NCBI GenBank assembly: GCA_964354255.1
Contig: CAYGYX010000001.1
Span: forward strand, 38,474 to 102,473
Length of the DNA: 64,000 bases
Direction: 5' to 3'
Origin: an uncultured Acidimicrobiia bacterium
GTDB taxonomy: Bacteria > Actinomycetota > Acidimicrobiia > Spongiisociales > UBA11373
A program made the position numbers and the translations under genes. Under the pieces are notes generated by a model that made no database searches, had not been told where the DNA came from, and was given only the letters and a program-made list of their open reading frames with translations. How positions within the stretch are numbered: the first letter of the stretch is position 1; the number at the start of each line of letters is the position of its first letter. Shown here one piece after another: positions 58,190 through 64,000 of the stretch.

Positions 58190-60598
58190 CTAGTTCCGCA
58201 ACGGCTTGCCCTTTTCCAGCATGTGCAGGATGCGGGCGATGGTCTTCTCTTCACCGCAGAGGCTCAGGAATGCCTCCCGTTCCAGGTCGAGCAGGTACTG
58301 CTCGGTCACTTCCGTGCCGGCGGGCACGTCCCCGCCGCAGATCACGTAGGCGAGCTTGCGGCCGAGGAACGCGTCGTACTCCGACAGGTAGCCGCCTCCC
58401 AGCATCCCGTGGATGCCAATCTTGAGGGCGGCGATGCCACCCCCGCCCGGCACCGGCACCTTCCGGGCCAGCGGCGGCCGGTAGCCCATGGCGACCAGGG
58501 CGAGCACGTCGGCCTTGGCGTCGGCCAGCAGGGAGTCCGGGTTCAGGCAGATCCGGTCGGTCGGCTTGAGGAAGCCGAGTTGACGGGCTTCCTCGGCGCT
58601 GGTGGACACCTTGGCCGTGCCGATGATGGTGAAGACCTTCTCCATGAAGGGGAAGAGCTCCGCTTTGACCCCGTGCGGGATGCTGCCGTAGTGGCGCACC
58701 GCCAGCTCCTTGCAGCCGCCGCTGGCGGGGATGAGGCCCACCCCGAGCTCCACCAGGCCGATGTACGACTCGGCCAGCGCTCGTACCGAGGCGCCGTGCA
58801 TGACGCACTCTGCCCCGCCGCCCAGGGCCATGCCCCGGGGAGCGACCACGACGGGCCCGGAGCAGTACTTCATCTTCATGTAGGCGTCCTGCATGGTCTT
58901 GACGGCCTGCTCGATGGGCTCGAACTGCTTGTTCATGGCGAACATGCCGACCAGGCCGACATTGGCGCCCACCGAGAAGTTGGTGGCCTCGCTACCGATC
59001 ACCAGGCCGGCCAGCTCGCCGGAGTCCACCCGGTCACAGGACGAGTCGATTATCTCGACGATCGAGGGGTCGAGGGCGTTCATCTTGGTGTGGAACTCGA
59101 CGAGGCCGATCCCGTCGCCCATGTCGTAGAGGGTGGCGCCGTCGTTCTGGGCGATGACCGCCTTGCGCTCCGTCAGGCCGCTGATGAAGATGAGCTTGGG
59201 GTCGACCGGCACCGGCACGTAGGCCTGCTTGGTGACGTCCCAGTAGTGCTGGGCGCCTTTGCGCTTGACGTACCAGGAGCCCTTTCCCTTGGCGAGGAGA
59301 GTCTCCACGACCGGCGGCACCGGCATGCCCTCTTCCTTCATGCGCTGCACCGAGCGCTCGACGCCCATGGCGTCCCAGGACTCGAAGGGGCCCAGCTCCC
59401 AGTTGTAGCCCCAGCGCATGGCGCGATCGACGTTGACGATGTCGTCGGCGATCTCGCCGAGCAGTTGGGCGGAGTAGATGGCGGTCTCGGCCGTCACCTT
59501 CCAGGCGAGCTGGCCGTGGTTGTCGTCGAAGTAGACCATCTCGCGGAGCTTGTCGCCGACGGCGTCGTGCTTGCGGGCGGCGCCGATGGAGGCCAGCCTC
59601 GCCTCGGGCTGGTCGACGTACTCCAGGGTGGCCGGGTCGATCACCTGGATCTTGCTCCCGCCGGCTTCTCGCACCTTCTTGAAGAAGCCGGCCCCGGTCT
59701 TGGCGCCGAGGAGGCCCTTGGTCACCATCTGCCGCATGTAGTCGGGGACCTGGAAGCGGCTCAGCCAGGGGTCGTTGGGGCAGCCCTCGGCGATGGTGGT
59801 GATCACGTGGGCCATGGTGTCGAGGCCGACGAGGTCGGCGGTGCGGAACACCGCCGACGACGGCCGCCCCATGGCTGGCCCGAACACCTTGTCGGCGTCG
59901 GCTACGCCGATTCCCAGCTCCCGCATCCAGTGGATCACCGCAGTGGAGCCAAAGACCCCGATGCGGTTGGCTACGAAGTTGGGGGTGTCCTTGCCGTAGA
60001 CGATGCCCTTGCCGAGCACCTTCTCCCCGAAGCGGGCCATCTCGGCGAATAGCTCCGGGTCGGTGTCCACGCAGGGGATCAGCTCGAGCAGGCGCATGTA
60101 GCGAACCGGGTTGAAGAAGTGGGTCACCAGGAAGTGGCGCCGGAAGTCCTCACTCCGGCCCTCCGCCATGGCCGCCGCCGAGAGCCCCGAGGTGTTCGAG
60201 GAGACGATGCTCCCCGGTTTGCGGTACTTCTCCACGTCGGCGAAGACCCGCTGCTTGATGTCGATGCGCTCGACGACCACCTCGACGATCCAGTCGCATT
60301 CCCGGATGCGCTCCATGTCGTCCAGGTAGTTGCAGGCGGTGACCAGGGGCGCCAGGTCGGTCCGGTACAGCAGCGCCGGGCTCGCCTTGATCATGGCCGC
60401 CACGCCGGCGTCGGCGATGCGGTTGCGCACCGCTCGGCTCTCCAGCGTGAGGCCCTTCTTCTTCTCGTCCTCGGTCAGGTCGCCGGGGGCGATGTCGAAG
60501 AGGTACGACGGGATGCCGGCGTTGGCCAGGTGGGCGGCGATGCCCTGCCCCATCACCCCGGCCCCCAGTACGGCTACCCGCTTGATTCGGATGCCCAT
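58190..60598 (-). CDS. fadB: bifunctional 3-hydroxyacyl-CoA dehydrogenase / enoyl-CoA hydratase (FadN/FadB-like, HCDH N-terminal)
   Basis: 802 aa. VAVLGAGVMGQGIAAHLANAGIPSYLFD is the NAD Rossmann motif. 3HCDH N and C domains and a C-terminal crotonase-fold domain are present. It lies 22 nt upstream of fadA. Confidence 0.9.
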   Translation of the reverse strand: MGIRIKRVAVLGAGVMGQGIAAHLANAGIPSYLFDIAPGDLTEDEKKKGLTLESRAVRNRIADAGVAAMIKASPALLYRTDLAPLVTACNYLDDMERIRECDWIVEVVVERIDIKQRVFADVEKYRKPGSIVSSNTSGLSAAAMAEGRSEDFRRHFLVTHFFNPVRYMRLLELIPCVDTDPELFAEMARFGEKVLGKGIVYGKDTPNFVANRIGVFGSTAVIHWMRELGIGVADADKVFGPAMGRPSSAVFRTADLVGLDTMAHVITTIAEGCPNDPWLSRFQVPDYMRQMVTKGLLGAKTGAGFFKKVREAGGSKIQVIDPATLEYVDQPEARLASIGAARKHDAVGDKLREMVYFDDNHGQLAWKVTAETAIYSAQLLGEIADDIVNVDRAMRWGYNWELGPFESWDAMGVERSVQRMKEEGMPVPPVVETLLAKGKGSWYVKRKGAQHYWDVTKQAYVPVPVDPKLIFISGLTERKAVIAQNDGATLYDMGDGIGLVEFHTKMNALDPSIVEIIDSSCDRVDSGELAGLVIGSEATNFSVGANVGLVGMFAMNKQFEPIEQAVKTMQDAYMKMKYCSGPVVVAPRGMALGGGAECVMHGASVRALAESYIGLVELGVGLIPASGGCKELAVRHYGSIPHGVKAELFPFMEKVFTIIGTAKVSTSAEEARQLGFLKPTDRICLNPDSLLADAKADVLALVAMGYRPPLARKVPVPGGGGIAALKIGIHGMLGGGYLSEYDAFLGRKLAYVICGGDVPAGTEVTEQYLLDLEREAFLSLCGEEKTIARILHMLEKGKPLRN

Positions 60599-60796
60599 GA
60601 ACCCTCCTCGCTCAAGGGTGTGCCGGCGCGTGCGCCGGATGCACTGTCGGGGTCTCCCGGCGGGTCGGGGCGCTAACCAAAGGGGCCATCGGGGAGGCTC
60701 CGCCGGCCGAGGACTTTTACTATCCGCTCAAAATTGTAGATCACCGGAGGAGGGGGCGCGTGCGCACCGGGGAAGTTGTTTCGCGGATGCGGCCCC

Positions 60797-61297
60797 TCAG
60801 CCTTCCTTGAGGACCTTGCGGGCGATGATGCGGGCCCACCACATGAAGCCGGCCAGAGCCACCGACCCGAGGGAGATCAGCCAGGTGAACCAGCCGTCGG
60901 TGGGGACGTCGTCGACGATGCCGTTAAGGACGGTGGCGACGGCCACCAGGGTCGCCTCCAAAGTGAGCACGGTCACCAGGGTGCTCTGCCGGGCGGGTCT
61001 GCGCATCACGAGCAGGGCGGCGACCGCCAGCGCCGCCAGGGCCGCGCCGGCAAAGCGGGTGGAGGCGTAGGCGTTGCTCACCGCCTCCCCTTCGGCCCCC
61101 CCGATGGACACCCACAGGGCGCGAGGGAAGGACAGCATGAGCAGTCCGGTGAGGCCGTTGAGGGCGGCGTAGGCGAGCAGGGCCGTGCCCAGGGTGGTCT
61201 GCGGGGTCATCCCCTCCTTGGGCCGACGCGCCGCAGTGGCGTCGCGAGGGGCGGCAGGCGTCTCGGCGGGCCTGGGCTCTTCCTGCGGGTCGGGCAC
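60797..61297 (-). CDS. membrane protein of unknown function
   Basis: 166 aa with a Pro/Ala-rich N-terminus and four predicted TM helices (ALLAYAALNGLTGLLMLSF...). The start is possibly an internal M30. It is divergent from the fadBA operon. Confidence 0.45.
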   Translation of the reverse strand: MPDPQEEPRPAETPAAPRDATAARRPKEGMTPQTTLGTALLAYAALNGLTGLLMLSFPRALWVSIGGAEGEAVSNAYASTRFAGAALAALAVAALLVMRRPARQSTLVTVLTLEATLVAVATVLNGIVDDVPTDGWFTWLISLGSVALAGFMWWARIIARKVLKEG

Positions 61298-62010
61298 CCT
61301 GCTCCTTTCGTCGGGGCGATGCTAGGGGCTGTGACCCGGGCGAGGCGTGCCGGGCACGGTGGTCAGGCGGGGTGAGTCCGACCCGGTCGGCGGGGGCCGG
61401 CAGCAAGGTCGGTGCGGAAGCGCTTTTCGTCATCCACTGGCGGTCGGTAAGCGCTTACCGGCGAGGATGAGGCCGGTTCCGATGGCCCGCTCCCGGACTC
61501 GCACCCTTGCCTGGTCGGCGCCGTAGGTGTTCGACGCGACACTCCTGGCCGCATCGCAATTGGGTTATGCCGTCTCGCAGGCCGACGGTCCCGGCGGGCA
61601 TCTGTACGTGAACGAGCCCCGGCGCCTGGGTCGGCCGCCCCGCGCCCTCTCCGTGGCAATCACCGACCGCGGGCTCGGATCGACGGTGGTCCTCGTCTCC
61701 TGGCGCCCCGGCAACCGGGTCCCCTGGTCCCTCCGTTCGGAGAGCAGGAGTGCTGCTCGCCTGTGCCGGCGGCTGGAGGCCAATCTGGGCCCGTGGCGGC
61801 CACCCTTCTCCGGGTAGCGGGCGCCGACCTCACCCGGTGGAGGCGAGGCAGTCAGCCGTACGGCGGCAGCTCGCCCTTCCGGGCGAAAGCCGCCCCGGGG
61901 GCGGGGAGAGGGCCGGCCACCGAGCCGTGCCGCGGGAAGGAGAGCCCCTGCTCCGTGGCCCGGTCGTGGGCCAGCCACCGGCCGTCTCGCCGGCAGCCCG
62001 TGGCCGTCGC

Positions 62011-63954
62011 CTACGTCGGCACGCCGTCGGAACACACCGGCATCGCTGCTTCCGCTTCCCGGCGCGCCGGGTGGGCATCCGGGGAGGGGGCCCTGGCCGC
62101 CGCCGGGCGGCGCCGCGCTTCTTCCTCCCGAGACGCGCCGGCCCCGGGGAGGGCCAGCTCGAAAACGGTCTCCCCATGTTCGTAGCGGTAGGTCAGATCC
62201 CCGCCCATGAGCCGGGCCAGCCGGCGCGAGACAGTGAGGCCCATCCCCATGGACGAGGTCAGCCCGGGCACCCTGTGGGCCTGCTGGTAGGGCTGGAAGA
62301 TCCGCTCCCGGGAGTCTTCCGGGATCCCGGGGCCGTCGTCGGCGACCACTATGCATGCTGAGGAGCCGGCGTGAGCGGTGGCGATCCGCACGTGCTCACC
62401 GCCGTAGCGGAGGGCGTTGAGGACCAGGTTGCGCAGGATCTGGCGGACGCGGGTGGGATCCCCCTGGGCATGCGCGGTGCCTTGCTCCAGGGTGACGTGG
62501 GCCACCTCGCCGGGGCCCCATCCTGCGAGCACTTGGGCGGCCTGTGCCCGGAGGTCGACCGGGATGCTGGCCACCTGCAGCTGGCCGGTGCCCGACCTGG
62601 CGACCACCAGGAGGTCCTCGACTATGCGGGCGACCTCGGCGGCCTGCGCGGTTAGCACCTCGATCGTCTCCCGCTGTTCCTGAGCCGACAGCGGTGACGG
62701 CCGGGCCCGGAGTAGGTTTCCGAATCCGATCACCGCGGTGAGCGGGGTGCGGAGCTCATGGGAGACAGAAGCCACGAATTCGTCCTTGCTCCGCAGCGCC
62801 TGTTCCAGTTCGCGCTGCGCCTCCTTGAGCTCGGTGATGTCGACCATTTGCATGATGAGGTGGTGGGGCTGCTCGGCGGCGTCCCTCACCACGGACAGGC
62901 TGACGGTGCACTCTCGCACCGAGCCGTCGGCAGTCACCAGCCGCCGCTCCGTCTGCGAGGACGGGCCGCCTCCGGCGAGCAGAGCGGCGATGGCGTCCGC
63001 GGTGGTCGACTCGTCGGGAGCGTCGACCGCCCTCCAGTTCATGGCGAGCAGAGCCTCCTGCGGGTAGCCGAGGAGGTCCGCCAGGGCCGGGTTCACTTGG
63101 AGGAAGGCGCCGTCGAGACCGAGGAGGGCAATGCCGATGGGAGCGTTCTCGAACGCGCTGCGGAAGCGGTGCTCCGAGGCGCGAAGGGCGTCCTCGGCCT
63201 GGACCTGCTCGGTGACCTCACGCAGGTTGCAGACCAGTCCTGCGATGGCGGGGTTGGCCAGCAGGTTGGTGAGCGCCAGCTCGAGGGTACGCCACCCGCC
63301 CTCGTCCCGCCTCGCCCTGATCCGGCCCCGGAAGGTCCCGCCGGGGTGCCGCCAGGCCTGCGCCGTGATCTGGCGGGCCTCGGGGAGGTCATCGGGGTGG
63401 ATGCGGTCACCCATGCTGACCGCGAGCGGCTCGTGGCGGGAGAAGCCGGTTACCCGCTCGTAGGATCCGGACGCGTAGTGGATCTGCCCTCGGGCGTCGG
63501 CGACGACAACGGTGTCGAACGCCTGCTGCACGAGGGTGCGGAAGCGCTCTTCGCTCTCCCGCAGCAGGCCGGCCGTTTCGCTCCGGGCACGATCACGCCG
63601 GTCGAGCTCTCCCATCACAACCGCCACCGTGGCGCCGATCCAGGCTGCAAAGAACACGATGGTGAGCGTGGTGAGCAAGTGGCGCACGGCCTCGCTGTAG
63701 CTGGTCTCCGGCCCGGCGAGGGCGACCGCGAGGGCGGCCAGGAGCCAGGCGGCGACGTAGCCCAGGAGGCGGCGCCGGGCAGGCCCCTGGGCCAGGATGT
63801 TGATGGTGACGGCGAGGAAGGCCGTCCCCATGCCGGCCACGACGGGGAGCCGAATGATGAGGGCAATCAGCCCTACCACCGTCGTGTCGACCGCCAGCGC
63901 CCACTCGACACCGGTGCGGTGGCGCAGGTACACCAGGGCGTGGACGAGCAGCAC
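62011..63954 (-). CDS. multi-sensor signal transduction histidine kinase (TM sensor, two PAS domains, HisKA, HATPase_c); start at or beyond 63954
   Basis: N-terminal TM helices, PAS repeats (ESEERFRTLVQQAFDTVVVAD...; SEHRFRSAFENAPIGIALLGLDG...), the H-box SHELRTPLTAVIGF, and GMGLGLTVSRRLARLMGGDLTY. Confidence 0.8.
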   Translation of the reverse strand: MLLVHALVYLRHRTGVEWALAVDTTVVGLIALIIRLPVVAGMGTAFLAVTINILAQGPARRRLLGYVAAWLLAALAVALAGPETSYSEAVRHLLTTLTIVFFAAWIGATVAVVMGELDRRDRARSETAGLLRESEERFRTLVQQAFDTVVVADARGQIHYASGSYERVTGFSRHEPLAVSMGDRIHPDDLPEARQITAQAWRHPGGTFRGRIRARRDEGGWRTLELALTNLLANPAIAGLVCNLREVTEQVQAEDALRASEHRFRSAFENAPIGIALLGLDGAFLQVNPALADLLGYPQEALLAMNWRAVDAPDESTTADAIAALLAGGGPSSQTERRLVTADGSVRECTVSLSVVRDAAEQPHHLIMQMVDITELKEAQRELEQALRSKDEFVASVSHELRTPLTAVIGFGNLLRARPSPLSAQEQRETIEVLTAQAAEVARIVEDLLVVARSGTGQLQVASIPVDLRAQAAQVLAGWGPGEVAHVTLEQGTAHAQGDPTRVRQILRNLVLNALRYGGEHVRIATAHAGSSACIVVADDGPGIPEDSRERIFQPYQQAHRVPGLTSSMGMGLTVSRRLARLMGGDLTYRYEHGETVFELALPGAGASREEEARRRPAAARAPSPDAHPARREAEAAMPVCSDGVPT

Positions 63955-64000
63955 GGCGATGACGATGGAGCAGCGGAACCCGACGGCCTCACCGGTGATC

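Noticed and set aside
58160-60052. 630-aa plus-strand ORF opposite fadB
   Set aside because: It is antisense to a well-supported 802-aa HCDH/ECH gene and carries no motifs.
61527-61817. 96-aa plus-strand ORF in the gene-poor interval
   Set aside because: It has no recognisable domain, a weak or absent SD, and an Arg/Gly/Pro-rich composition. It is kept only as context for the palindrome finding.

Overview
This is a 64-kb, high-GC (~70%+) actinobacterial-type chromosomal segment that spans the replication origin. The core is the conserved block sigM-like ECF sigma / anti-sigma / small membrane protein / trxB / trxA / cwlM-like amidase / parB / parA / rsmG / jag / yidC / yidD / rnpA / rpmH, then divergently dnaA / dnaN / recF / DUF721(DciA-like) / gyrB / gyrA / DUF3566. 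The same order occurs around oriC in Mycobacterium and other Actinobacteria. Left of it are rpsR-ssb-rpsF, panB, nfo, pyrE, a cis-prenyltransferase, an SDR / DUF1295 / hemolysin-III membrane cluster, a two-component system, an ApbE-centred membrane redox cassette, an ECF sigma with a GerMN-domain partner, cca, an orphan pilT, an HDAC/GNAT divergent pair and degV. Right of it are a cobalamin-riboswitch-controlled BtuFCD-like importer fused in an operon with an M23 peptidase, surE, a large beta-propeller lipoprotein, a complete oppABCDF operon, a GNAT, a fadA/fadB-like beta-oxidation pair and a PAS histidine kinase. I found no rRNA, tRNA, CRISPR array, transposase or integrase. Many long ORFs in the track are antisense or out-of-frame artefacts of the high GC content. 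Start coordinates come from ORF-track arithmetic where possible. Features I read directly from the sequence (rpsR, rpmH, riboswitch, hairpins, palindromes) may be off by 1-2 nt.
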